Source: Haliotis cracherodii
Lineage: Eukaryota
NCBI RefSeq assembly: GCF_022045235.1
Contig: NW_027266308.1
Span: 13,888,001-13,952,000, forward strand
DNA: 64,000 nt
Direction: 5' to 3'
The position numbers were made by a program, and so were the translations under genes. Shown piece after piece: positions 23,069 to 35,668 of the stretch (position 1 is the stretch's first letter; each line of letters opens with the position of its first letter). The notes beneath the pieces are model-generated. The model saw nothing but the letters and a program-made list of their open reading frames with translations. It did not search any database and was not told where the DNA came from.

Positions 23069-25044
23069 ATGAAAGTAACACTGGTTCTCGTCATTGTCAG
23101 CACTATTATTGGTGAGTTGAAGATACTTAGGGCTTTTTATTAGTTAAGTTAGTGTCTACGTTAGCCGATGAGATTTGTTCTGTTCATGTTATTTTTATAA
23201 TGATAATAGTTCATATTATTCATAGATAATATTATTAATTTGCATTGCGCCTTTTTCCATGCTGGATATCAATGCGTTTTATTTCAGCTCCCTGGGCAAT
23301 ATATAACCTGATCTGCCTATGAGGCACTAGAAGACTAATTGTCACATAACCACCTCACCGAAAGGGGAACCCAATCTGAGTGAACAGAGGCATGTTTCGA
23401 ACAAAGGCACTAGCCTTTGGAAAACACCACATGTACTACTTGGGCTACAGTGTTGGGCAGGTCCAAGAAACTCTTAGGAAACAAAGCTGCCAAACACACT
23501 CAGCCATCCAATTGCTTTCTTCCACAAACTGTGCTTAAAGCCTTGACCTGTGACCTCCAAACAGGATCACGTGCCCCAACTTCTAATGAGATATTGTTTC
23601 TTTCGTTCAGCTGTGATCGACAGCGAGCCTTGCAGGGATGACAACGACTGTATCCACACGGTATGTGATAGTACCGGAAGGCTTGCCTGCTCTCATGACA
23701 TATGTACCTGTCTGGTTGCAGCCAATAGCTGCATCACAGGTAAGTCAGTTTACAAAATAGTGACCATAATAACAGCAGGCAACATATTTCATATGTGAAG
23801 GTTTTATTTAGGCATCTGGAAAGGTTCTCCTACAAGAAAAGGTGGTGACTATAAGTCAATAAACAAATTGGGTTTCACGCCGCTGATATAATATTTCAGA
23901 CAAATGTAGAAGGAACGACAAATATGATACAGAACTAAGATGATTACCATTTTGTTGAAACCATTGGCAATACAAAAAACCCAATCATGGCGAATCTGAG
24001 ATTCAAACCCACTACTAACGTAGCGTCAGCAAAACCCTTGCACAAAACTGCAAATAAGACATGCCCTTTAAATACAAGCCTGCATCAAATGAATGATGGA
24101 ATCTAGTTCAAACCTCTGACAAATGTTTTTGTCCTGTGTTGTTAAGAAGGAGGTTTATATTTCAGAAATTTGCAGAGACCGCCCTGACTGCGACACCTGC
24201 ATCTGTAGAGACACCCATGAAGAACACCACTGCTTCGACGGCCGCTGCCTATGTGGACGTATGGCACCTGTCGGCCCTGGTGGACCTGGCGGACCTGGCG
24301 TGTAAGTAACCATAATTACCGCCGGAGGTTGTCAGGCATAGTTTTGGTTGCTACACTTGAATCAGTTTGACGTTTCATTGGCTTTTTAATTACTGTCGAA
24401 AGAAAGTTGATGAATTTGTTTGCTTTTTCTGATTGTTTGGTTTTATGTCAGGGGCAAATGTCTAAATTTAGCCTGAATGTGATTTGGGACGTCAACGCTT
24501 TGATAGTGTTGGTTCAGAATGTTGGTGAAACACAATATTAGGAATATGATTTTAGTCGTGCATTTGTTGGTAAAACATACACTGTCGTCTTTGTATGGCA
24601 TGGATATTTGTCTCATCTCATTGCAGTGGTAATACTTAAATCATTCGACATATAGTAACACTATATCAGTCCTGTTTGTTTGTTTGTTTGTTTGTTGTTT
24701 AACGCCGCACTCAGCAATAGTCCAGCTATACGACGGCGGTTTATAGCAGTCCTATGCTATGTGTTTGGATATATGGTAAATAATGTAAATGTAAAACGTC
24801 GACGTTTAGCAATCAGTATCGATCATCTACCTAAACAGATTTCATTGGGCGTAAAAGGCAAAATTGCAGTGAAAATTATATGAATGGATCACTGAAAATT
24901 AATGATGACCCCAGGGGTTCGTTCCGCAAAACGATTGCCATCCACATCCATATTATAGTTCTTACTCCTATTCAATTTCTTACGAAATATTCAATTTTGA
25001 AAATGCCACTTTTCATCTACCTTTTTAATTTCAGAGGTAAATAA
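23069..25044 (+). CDS. Copy 1: secreted Cys-rich cvSI-2-like (I84-like) serine protease inhibitor, 105 aa; join(23069..23111,23611..23739,24166..24301,25035..25044)
   Basis: GT-AG introns (G|GTGAGT, TTCAG|, G|GTAAGT, TTTCAG|, GT|GTAAGT, TTTCAG|) keep one frame: MKVTLVLVIVSTIIAVIDSEPCRDDNDCIHTVCDSTGRLACSHDICTCLVAANSCITEICRDRPDCDTCICRDTHEEHHCFDGRCLCGRMAPVGPGGPGGPGVGK*. It has a signal peptide and two C-x5-C-x4-C-x7/8-C-x4-C-x-C modules. The family call is by Cys pattern; exon 4 is less certain than exons 1-3. Confidence 0.88.
24671..24740 (-). mobile_element. SINE 3' tail remnant with (TTTG)n in intron 3 (each unit)
   Basis: (TTTG)nTTGTTTAACGCCGCACTCAGCAATAGTCCAGCTATACGACGGCGGT matches the tails at 7450 and 25445. 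Confidence 0.8.
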
Positions 25045-25112
25045 ATCCTGAAAGGAGGAAAACCCATGGAAATTATTCCTACCTTGTTGGATACATACAT
25101 GTACACATGTGA

Positions 25113-25118
25113 AATAAA
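25113..25118 (+). terminator. Polyadenylation signal of the array gene (each unit)
   Basis: AATAAA ~70 nt after the exon-4 stop, followed ~20 nt later by GT-rich GGTTTGTTTTG. Confidence 0.65.
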
Positions 25119-25436
25119 CCTACTACTACCATTTACTGGTTTGTTTTGATGCTGAATATGTTTACTCTTATTGAATTGATGCGTTACCTGCTTATACCTA
25201 TGGAGAACATCCTGTGGTTATTCCGTGTTTCTAACCTATCCTCGTCAGATCAAGATACAATGTTCGGATCTGGATTGGCTAGATTTACGTGATGTCGATT
25301 TTCATACAGTCGCGACTCTCAAAGGGACGACATGTATTGGGTGGACAGGCCCGGTGGCTTAGTTGATTGATCAACCGATGATCTGTCTGCTTCATACTCG
25401 ACACATGCCCAAATAGTGTAAGTAAACCTTCGATTG

Positions 25437-25690
25437 GTAGGTTGGTTTGTTGTTTAACGCCGCACTCAGCATTATATCAGGTGTATGACGGCGGTCTGTA
25501 AATAATCGAGTCTGGACCAGACAATCCAGTGATTAACATCATAAGCATCGATCCACGCATTTGGGATCGATGACCTGCATCAAGTCAGCAAGCCTGACCA
25601 CCCGATCCCGTTAGTCGCCTTTTACGACAAGCATAGTCACCTTTTTACGGCAAGCATGGTTTGCTGAAGACCCCGGAATCTTCGCGGGAC
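25437..25690 (-). mobile_element. SINE body and tail in the intergenic spacer (each unit)
   Basis: Collinear with 7440-7683 and 2865-2935; contains GTTAGTCGCCTTTTACGACAAGCA. Confidence 0.8.
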
Positions 25691-25986
25691 TGAAAACCTT
25701 AGTGACAACATTGCTGGGATTCAAAAGATCGATTTCATGAACCTTGGCGTTTCGAAAATATTGTAAATAAAAGCGACAGAGGACAATTCCTTAATCAATG
25801 GAAATCTCTATTTAAAGTTTCCAACTAAATCATAAGGTTGTGTTTACGAGTGATGAAAGTGCAGCCGTTTCGTGAAAAATTATGTACTTTGTGGTGAAAA
25901 CATGAAACTTAGTACAGTCGTAGGTGATGACATTCGAAATAGTTAAAGATATGGGGCCACCCAAAAAATCCAACATGGCCTCCTTA

Positions 25987-26247
25987 GAGTGAGTGAGTGA
26001 GTGAGTGAGTGAGTGAGTGAGTGAGTGAGTTGGGTTTAACGCCGCTTTTAACATTATTCCAGTTATATCACGGCGTGTCAGCTTAATGTGGGAGGAAAGC
26101 CCGAAGTGATGCAGGTCTCAGACGTTTACCACTTCTGTGAAACCCACGAGCACGGGTATGGTGCTGACAATAGACGCGGCCGGGGATCGAACCCCGGACC
26201 TTCCGCTCTCCGGGCCGACGCTCTACGAATAGACCACGGAGGCGGTC
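25987..26247 (-). mobile_element. tRNA-derived SINE with (ACTC)n tail (each unit junction)
   Basis: The reverse complement starts GACCGCCTCCGTGGTCTATTCGTAGAGCG (A-box-like), contains GGTTCGATCCC (B box) and ends in an (ACTC)n microsatellite. Confidence 0.85.
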
Positions 26248-26614
26248 AGATACAATTGAAACATGTAGAAAAAATCGTGTAATTATTGCGTGACTTTCTT
26301 TTTATATATATACACGATTGCCATCCTTGCCATTTCTTATATATAAAATCGTGTTGTCTATATATTTGTAGGACCATGAACATGACTAGATAGCTATCGT
26401 TGGTCATCAGATCCCCACAAATGAACCTGTTATCTACATTTCATGACATAACCGCGCACGGGAACATTAGTCCTGCGTGCACCTGCTGTGCGCAGAATCA
26501 CAACATCGTGACTGGCTGACAGGGTTGGTGTTGGTATCATTTGAAACAGAAAGTATATAAGAGGATCAACCAAATGAAGACTTTACTTTGAAAGCTTTTC
26601 GCTTAACTCCAGAC

Positions 26615-28594
26615 ATGAAAGTAACACTGGTTCTCGTCATTGTCAGCACTATTATTGGTGAGTTGAAGATACTTATGGCTTTTTATTAGTTAAGTTAGTG
26701 TCTACGTTAGCCGATGAGATTTGTTCTGTTCATGTTATTTTTATAATGATAATAGTTCATATTATTCATAGATAATATTATTAATTTGCATTGCGCCTTT
26801 TTCCATGCTGGATATCAATGCGTTTTATTTCAGCTCCCTGGACAATATATAACCTGATCTGCCTATGAGGCACTAGAAGACTAATTGTCACATAACCACC
26901 TCACCGAAAGGGGAACCCAATCTGAGTGAACAGAGGCATGTTTCGAACAAAGGCACTAGCCTTTGGAAAACACCACATGTACTACTTGGGCTACAGTGTT
27001 GGGCAGGTCCAAGAAACTCTTAGGAAACAAAGCTGCCAAACACGTTCAGCCATCCAATTGCTTTCTTCCACAAACTGTGCTTAAAGCCTTGACCTGTGAC
27101 CTCCAAACAGGATCACGTGCCCCAACTTCTAATGAGATATTGTTTCTTTCGTTCAGCTGTGATCGACAGCGAGCCTTGCAGGGATGACAACGACTGTATC
27201 CACACGGTATGTGATAGTACCGGAAGGCTTGCCTGCTCTCATGACATATGTACCTGTCTGGTTGCAGCCAATAGCTGCATCACAGGTAAGTCAGTTTACA
27301 AAATAGTGACCATAATAACTGCAGGCAACATATTTCATATGTGAAGGTTTTATTTAGGCATCTGGAAAGGTTCTCCTACAAGAAAAGGTGGTGACTATAA
27401 GTCAATAAACAAATTGGGTTTCACGCCGCTGATATAATATTTCAGACAAATGTAGAAGGAACGACAAATATGATACAGAACTAAGATGATTACCATTTTG
27501 TTGAAACCATTGGCAATACAAAAAACACAATCATGGCGAATCTGTGATTCAAACCCACTACTAACGTAGCGTCAGCAAAACCCTTGCACAAAACTGCAAA
27601 TAAGACATGCCCTTTAAATACAAGCCTGCATCAAATGAATGATGGAATCTAGTTCAAACCTCTGACAAATGTTTTTGTCCTGTGTTGTTAAGAAGGAGGT
27701 TTATATTTCAGAAACTTGCAGAGACCGCCCTGACTGCGACACCTGCATCTGTAGAGACACCCATGAAGAACACCACTGCTTCGACGGCCGCTGCCTATGT
27801 GGACGTATGGCACCTGTCGGCCCTGGTGGACCTGGCGGACCTGGCGTGTAAGTAACCATAATTACCGCCGGAGGTTGTCAGGCATAGTTTTGGTTGCTAC
27901 ACTTGAATCAGTTTGACGTTTCATTGGCTTTTTAATTACTGTCGAAAGAAAGTTGATGAATTTGTTTGCTTTTTCTGATTGTTTGGTTTTATGTCAGGGG
28001 CAAATGTCTAAATTTAGCCTGAATGTGATTTGGGACGTCAACGCTTTGATAGTGTTGGTTCAGAATGTTGGTGAAACACAATATTAGGAATATGATTTTA
28101 GTCGTGCATTTGTTGGTAAAACATACACAGTCGTCTTTGTATGGCATGGGTATTTGTCTCATCTCATTGCAGTGGTAATACTTAAATCATTCGACATATA
28201 GTAACACTATATCAGTCCTGTTTGTTTGTTTGTTTGTTTGTTTGTTGTTTAACGCCGCACTCAGCAATAGTCCAGCTATACGACGGCGGTTTATAGCAGT
28301 CCTATGCTATGTGTTTGGATATATGGTAAATAATGTAAATGTGAAACGTCGACGTTTAGCAATCAGTATCGATCATCTACCTAAACAGATTTCATTGGGC
28401 GTAAAAGGCAAAATTGCAGTGAAAATTATATGAATGGATCACTGAAAATTAATGATGACCCCAGGGGTTCGTTCCGCAAAACGATTGCCATCCACATCCA
28501 TATTATAGTTCTTACTCCAATTCAATTTCTTACGAAATATTCAATTTTGAAAATGCCACTTTTCATCTACCTTTTTAATTTCAGAGGTAAATAA
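26615..28594 (+). CDS. Copy 2 cvSI-2-like inhibitor; join(26615..26657,27157..27285,27712..27847,28585..28594)
   Basis: Same structure as copy 1; Thr59. Confidence 0.87.
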
Positions 28595-30144
28595 ATCCTG
28601 AAAGGAGGAAAACCCATGGAAATTATTCCTACCTTGTTGGATACATACATGTACACATGTGAAATAAACCTACTACTACCATTTACTGGTTTGTTTTGAT
28701 GCTGAATATGTTTACTCTTATTGAATTGATGCGTTACCTGCTTATACCTATGGAGAACATCCTGTGGTTATTCCGTGTTTCTAACCTATCCTCGTCAGAT
28801 CAAGATACAATGTTCGGATCTGGATTGGCTAGATTTACGTGATGTCGATTTTCATACAGTCGCGACTCTCAAAGGGACGACATGTATTGGGTGGACAGGC
28901 CCGGTGGCTTAGTTGATTGATCAACCGATGATCTGTCTGCTTCATACTCGACACATGCCCAAATGGTGTAAGTAAACCTTCGATTGGTAGGTTGGTTTGT
29001 TGTTTAACGCCGCACTCAGCATTATATCAGGTGTATGACGGCGGTCTGTAAATAATCGAGTCTGGACCAGACAATCCAGTGATTAACATCATAAGCATCG
29101 ATCCACGCATTTGGGATCGATGACCTGCATCAAGTCAGCAAGCCTGACCACCCGATCCCGTTAGTCGCCTTTTACGACAAGCATAGTCACCTTTTTACGG
29201 CAAGCATGGTTTGCTGAAGACCCCGGAATCTTCGCGGGACTGAAAACCTTAGTGACAACATTGCTGGGATACAAAAGATCGATTTCATGAACCTTGGCGT
29301 TTCGAAAATATTGTAAATAAAAGCGACAGAGGACAATTCCTTAATCAATGGAAATCTCTATTTAAAGTTTCCAACTAAATCATAAGGTTGTGTTTACGAG
29401 TGATGAAAGTGCAGCCGTTTCGTGAAAAATTATGTACTTTGTGGTGAAAACATGAAACTTAGTACAGTCGTAGGTGATGACATTCGAAATAGTTAAAGAT
29501 ATGGGGCCACCCAAAAAATCCAACATGGCCTCCTTAGAGTGAGTGAGTGAGTGAGTGAGTTGGGTTTAACGCCGCTTTTAACATTATTCCAGTTATATCA
29601 CGGCGTGTCAGCTTAATGTGGGAGGAAAGCCCGAAGTGATGCAGGTCTCAGACGTTTACCACTTCTGTGAAACCCACGAGCACGGGTATGGTGCTGACAA
29701 TAGACGCGGCCGGGGATCGAACCCCGGACCTTCCGCTCTCCGGGCCGACGCTCTACGAATAGACCACGGAGGCGGTCAGATACAATTGAAACATGTAGAA
29801 AAAATCGTGTAATTATTGCGTGACTTTCTTTTTATATATATACACGATTGCCATCCTTGCCATTTCTTATATATAAAATCGTGTTGTCTATATATTTGTA
29901 GGACCATGAACATGACTAGATAGCTATCGTGGGTCATCAGATCCCCACAAATGAACCTGTTATCTACATTTCATGACATAACCGCGCACGGGAACATTAG
30001 TCCTGCGTGCACCTGCTGTGCGCAGAATCACAACATCGTGACTGGCTGACAGGGTTGGTGTTGGTATCATTTGAAACAGAAAGTATATAAGAGGATCAAC
30101 CAAATGAAGACTTTACTTTGAAAGCTTTTCGCTTAACTCCAGAC

Positions 30145-32124
30145 ATGAAAGTAACACTGGTTCTCGTCATTGTCAGCACTATTATTGGTGAGTTGAAGAT
30201 ACTTATGGCTTTTTATTAGTTAAGTCAGTGTCTACGTTAGCCGATGAGATTTGTTCTGTTCATGTTATTTTTATAATGATAATAGTTCATATTATTCATA
30301 GATAATATTATTAATTTGCATTGCGCCTTTTTCCATGCTGGATATCAATGCGTTTTATTTCAGCTCCCTGGACAATATATAACCTGATCTGCCTATGAGG
30401 CACTAGAAGACTAATTGTCACATAACCACCTCACCGAAAGGGGAACCCAATCTGAGTGAACAGAGGCATGTTTTGAACAAAGGCACTAGCCTTTGGAAAA
30501 CACCACATGTACTACTTGGGCTACAGTGTTGGGCAGGTCCAAGAAACTCTTAGGAAACAAAGCTGCCAAACACGTTCAGCCATCCAATTGCTTTCTTCCA
30601 CAAACTGTGCTTAAAGCCTTGACCTGTGACCTCCAAACAGGATCACGTGCCCCAACTTCTAATGAGATATTGTTTCTTTCGTTCAGCTGTGATCGACAGC
30701 GAGCCTTGCAGGGATGACAACGACTGTATCCACACGGTATGTGATAGTACCGGAAGGCTTGCCTGCTCTCATGACATATGTACCTGTCTGGTTGCAGCCA
30801 ATAGCTGCATCACAGGTAAGTCAGTTTACAAAATAGTGACCATAATAACTGCAGGCAACATATTTCATATGTGAAGGTTTTATTTAGGCATCTGGAAAGG
30901 TTCTCCTACAAGAAAAGGTGGTGACTATAAGTCAATAAACAAATTGGGTTTCACGCCGCTGATATAATATTTCAGACAAATGTAGAAGGAACGACAAATA
31001 TGATACAGAACTAAGATGATTACCATTTTGTTGAAACCATTGGCAATACAAAAAACCCAATCATGGCGAATCTGTGATTCAAACCCACTACTAACGTAGC
31101 GTCAGCAAAACCCTTGCACAAAACTGCAAATAAGACATGCCCTTTAAATACAAGCCTGCATCAAATGAATGATGGAATCTAGTTCAAACCTCTGACAAAT
31201 GTTTTTGTCCTGTGTTGTTAAGAAGGAGGTTTATATTTCAGAAATTTGCAGAGACCGCCCTGACTGCGACACCTGCATCTGTAGAGACACCCATGAAGAA
31301 CACCACTGCTTCGACGGCCGCTGCCTATGTGGACGTATGGCACCTGTTGGCCCTGGTGGACCTGGCGGACCTGGCGTGTAAGTAACCATAATTACCGCCG
31401 GAGGTTGTCAGGCATAGTTTTGGTTGCTACACTTGAATCAGTTTGACGTTTCATTGGCTTTTTAATTACTGTCGAAAGAAAGTTGATGAATTTGTTTGCT
31501 TTTTCTGATTGTTTGGTTTTATGTCAGGGGCAAATGTCTAAATTTAGCCTGAATGTGATTTGGGACGTCAACGCTTTGATAGTGTTGGTTCAGAATGTTG
31601 GTGAAACACAATATTAGGAATATGATTTTAGTCGTGCATTTGTTGGTAAAACATACACAGTCGTCTTTGTATGGCATGGGTATTTGTCTCATCTCATTGC
31701 AGTGGTAATACTTAAATCATTCGACATATAGTAACACTATATCAGTCCTGTTTGTTTGTTTGTTTGTTTGTTTGTTGTTTAACGCCGCACTCAGCAATAG
31801 TCCAGCTATACGACGGCGGTTTATAGCAGTCCTATGCTATGTGTTTGGATATATGGTAAATAATGTAAATGTAAAACGTCGACGTTTAGCAATCAGTATC
31901 GATCATCTACCTAAACAGATTTCATTGGGCGTAAAAGGCAAAATTGCAGTGAAAATTATATGAATGGATCACTGAAAATTAATGATGACCCCAGGGGTTC
32001 GTTCCGCAAAACGATTGCCATCCACATCCATATTATAGTTCTTACTCCAATTCAATTTCTTACGAAATATTCAATTTTGAAAATGCCACTTTTCATCTAC
32101 CTTTTTAATTTCAGAGGTAAATAA
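30145..32124 (+). CDS. Copy 3; join(30145..30187,30687..30815,31242..31377,32115..32124)
   Basis: Same structure; Ile59; silent GTC>GTT in exon 3. Confidence 0.87.
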
Positions 32125-33696
32125 ATCCTGAAAGGAGGAAAACCCATGGAAATTATTCCTACCTTGTTGGATACATACATGTACACATGTGAAATAAACC
32201 TACTACTACCATTTACTGGTTTGTTTTGATGCTGAATATGTTTACTCTTATTGAATTGATGCGTTACCTGCTTATACCTATGGAGAACATCCTGTGGTTA
32301 TTCCGTGTTTCTAACCTATCCTCGTCAGATCAAGATACAATGTTCGGATCTGGATTGGCTAGATTTACGTGATGTCGATTTTCATACAGTCGCGACTCTC
32401 AAAGGGACGACATGTATTGGGTGGACAGGCCCGGTGGCTTAGTTGATTGATCAACCGATGATCTGTCTGCTTCATACTCGACACATGCCCAAATGGTGTA
32501 AGTAAACCTTCGATTGGTAGGTTGGTTTGTTGTTTAACGCCGCACTCAGCATTATATCAGGTGTATGACGGCGGTCTGTAAATAATCGAGTCTGGACCAG
32601 ACAATCCAGTGATTAACATCATAAGCATCGATCCACGCATTTGGGATCGATGACCTGCATCAAGTCAGCAAGCCTGACCACCCGATCCCGTTAGTCGCCT
32701 TTTACGACAAGCATAGTCACCTTTTTACGGCAAGCATGGTTTGCTGAAGACCCCGGAATCTTCGCGGGACTGAAAACCTTAGTGACAACATTGCTGGGAT
32801 ACAAAAGATCGATTTCATGAACCTTGGCGTTTCGAAAATATTGTAAATAAAAGCGACAGAGGACAATTCCTTAATCAATGGAAATCTCTATTTAAAGTTT
32901 CCAACTAAATCATAAGGTTGTGTTTACGAGTGATGAAAGTGCAGCCGTTTCGTGAAAAATTATGTACTTTGTGGTGAAAACATGAAACTTAGTACAGTCG
33001 TAGGTGATGACATTCGAAATAGTTAAAGATATGGGGCCACCCAAAAAATCCAACATGGCCTCCTTAGAGTGAGTGAGTGAGTGAGTGAGTGAGTGAGTGA
33101 GTGAGTTGGGTTTAACGCCGCTTTTAACATTATTCCAGTTATATCACGGCGTGTCAGCTTAATGTGGGAGGAAAGCCCGAAGTGATGCAGGTCTCAGACG
33201 TTTACCACTTCTGTGAAACCCACGAGCACGGGTATGGTGCTGACAATAGACGCGGCCGGGGATCGAACCCCGGACCTTCCGCTCTCCGGGCCGACGCTCT
33301 ACGAATAGACCACGGAGGCGGTCAGATACAATTGAAACATGTAGAAAAAATCGTGTAATTATTGCGTGACTTTCTTTTTATATATATACACGATTGCCAT
33401 CCTTGCCATTTCTTATATATAAAATCGTGTTGTCTATATATTTGTAGGACCATGAACATGACTAGATAGCTATCGTGGGTCATCAGATCCCCACAAATGA
33501 ACCTGTTATCTACATTTCATGACATAACCGCGCACGGGAACATACATGTACGTCCCGCCTGCACCTGCTGTGCGCAGAATCACAACATCGTGACTGGCTG
33601 ACAGGGTTGGTGTTGGTATCATTTGAAACAGAAAGTATATAAGAGGATCAACCAAATGAAGACTTTACTTTGAAAGCTTTTCGCTTAACTCCAGAC

Positions 33697-35668
33697 ATGA
33701 AAGTAACACTGGTTCTCGTCATTGTCAGCACTATTATTGGTGAGTTGAAGATACTTATGGCTTTTTATTTGTTAAGTTAGTGTCTACGTTAGCCGATGAG
33801 ATTTGTTCTGTTCATGTTATTTTTATAATGATAATAGTTCATATTATTCATAGATAATATTATTAATTTGCATTGCGCCTTTTTCCATGCTGGATATCAA
33901 TGCGTTTTATTTCAGCTCCCTGGGCAATATATAACCTGATCTGCCTATGAGGCACTAGAAGACTAATTGTCACATAACCACCTCACCGAAAGGGGAACCC
34001 AATCTGAGTGAACAGAGGCATGTTTCGAACAAAGGCACTAGCCTTTGGAAAACACCACATGTACTACTTGGGCTACAGTGTTGGGCAGGTCCAAGAAACT
34101 CTTAGGAAACAAAGCTGCCAAACACGCTCAGCCATCCAATTGCTTTCTTCCACAAACTGTGCTTAAAGCCTTGACCTGTGACCTCCAAACAGGATCACGT
34201 GCCCCAACTTCTAATGAGATATTGTTTCTTTCGTTCAGCTGTGATCGACAGCGAGCCTTGCAGGGATGACAACGACTGTATCCACACGGTATGTGATAGT
34301 ACCGGAAGGCTTGCCTGCTCTCATGACATATGTACCTGTCTGGTTGCAGCCAATAGCTGCATCACAGGTAAGTCAGTTTACAAAATAGTGACCATAATAA
34401 CTGCAGGCAACATATTTCATATGTGAAGGTTTTATTTAGGCATCTGGAAAGGTTCTCCTACAAGAAAAGGTGGTGACTATAAGTCAATAAACAAATTGGG
34501 TTTCACGCCGCTGATATAATATTTCAGACAAATGTAGAAGGAACGACAAATATGATACAGAACTAAGATGATTACCATTTTGTTGAAACCATTGGCAATA
34601 CAAAAAACACAATCATGGCGAATCTGTGATTCAAACCCACTACTAACGTAGCGTCAGCAAAACCCTTGCACAAAACTGCAAATAAGACATGCCCTTTAAA
34701 TACAAGCCTGCATCAAATGAATGATGGAATCTAGTTCAAACCTCTGACAAATGTTTTTGTCCTGTGTTGTTAAGAAGGAGGTTTATATTTCAGAAACTTG
34801 CAGAGACCGCCCTGACTGCGACACCTGCATCTGTAGAGACACCCATGAAGAACACCACTGCTTCGACGGCCGCTGCCTATGTGGACGTATGGCACCTGTC
34901 GGCCCTGGTGGACCTGGCGGACCTGGCGTGTAAGTAACCATAATTACCGCCGGAGGTTGTCAGGCATAGTTTTGGTTGCTACACTTGAATCAGTTTGACG
35001 TTTCATTGGCTTTTTAATTACTGTCGAAAGAAAGTTGATGAATTTGTTTGCTTTTTCTGATTGTTTGGTTTTATGTCAGGGGCAAATGTCTAAATTTAGC
35101 CTGAATGTGATTTGGGACGTCAACGCTTTGATAGTGTTGGTTCAGAATGTTGGTGAAACACAATATTAGGAATATGATTTTAGTCGTGCATTTGTTGGTA
35201 AAACATACACAGTCGTCTTTGTATGGCATGGGTATTTGTCTCATCTCATTGCAGTGGTAATACTTAAATCATTCGACATATAGTAACACTATATCAGTCC
35301 TGTTTGTTTGTTTGTTTGTTGTTTAACGCCGCACTCAGCAATAGTCTAGCTATACGACGGCGGTTTATAGCAGTCCTATGCTATGTGTTTGGATATATGG
35401 TAAATAATGTAAATGTAAAACGTCGACGTTTAGCAATCAGTATCGATCATCTACCTAAACAGATTTCATTGGGCGTAAAAGGCAAAATTGCAGTGAAAAT
35501 TATATGAATGGATCACTGAAAATTAATGATGACCCCAGGGGTTCGTTCCGCAAAACGATTGCCATCCACATCCATATTATAGTTCTTACTCCAATTCAAT
35601 TTCTTACGAAATATTCAATTTTGAAAATGCCACTTTTCATCTACCTTTTTAATTTCAGAGGTAAATAA
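33697..35668 (+). CDS. Copy 4; join(33697..33739,34239..34367,34794..34929,35659..35668)
   Basis: Same structure; Thr59. Confidence 0.87.

Noticed and set aside
23277-23325. Alternative acceptor TTTTATTTCAG|CT in intron 1
   Set aside because: It reaches a TGA after ~11 codons and has no obvious donor.
23417-23641. Recurrent 74-aa ORF MENTTCTTW... (all units)
   Set aside because: It lies in intron 1, has a non-ATG start and is frameshifted in unit 9; it recurs only because the unit is repeated.
23611-24301. Metallothionein, defensin or collagen assignment
   Set aside because: The signal peptide and duplicated C-x5-C-x4-C-xn-C-x4-C-x-C modules fit cvSI-like proteins better; the GPG run is too short for a collagen helix.
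23550-24305. 82-aa and 60-aa ORFs as standalone genes
   Set aside because: They are exons 2 and 3 plus intron read-through; canonical splice sites bound the Cys-rich parts.
24680-24883. 67-aa ORF MFVCLLFNAALS...
   Set aside because: Antisense reading of a SINE tail and repeat relic in intron 3, starting inside the (TTTG)n.
26088-26282. 64-aa ORF MGGKPEV..., and a possible tRNA gene at 26175-26247
   Set aside because: The ORF is antisense to a SINE. The tRNA-like part has A/B boxes but runs into a SINE body and microsatellite tail, and I could not build a convincing cloverleaf.
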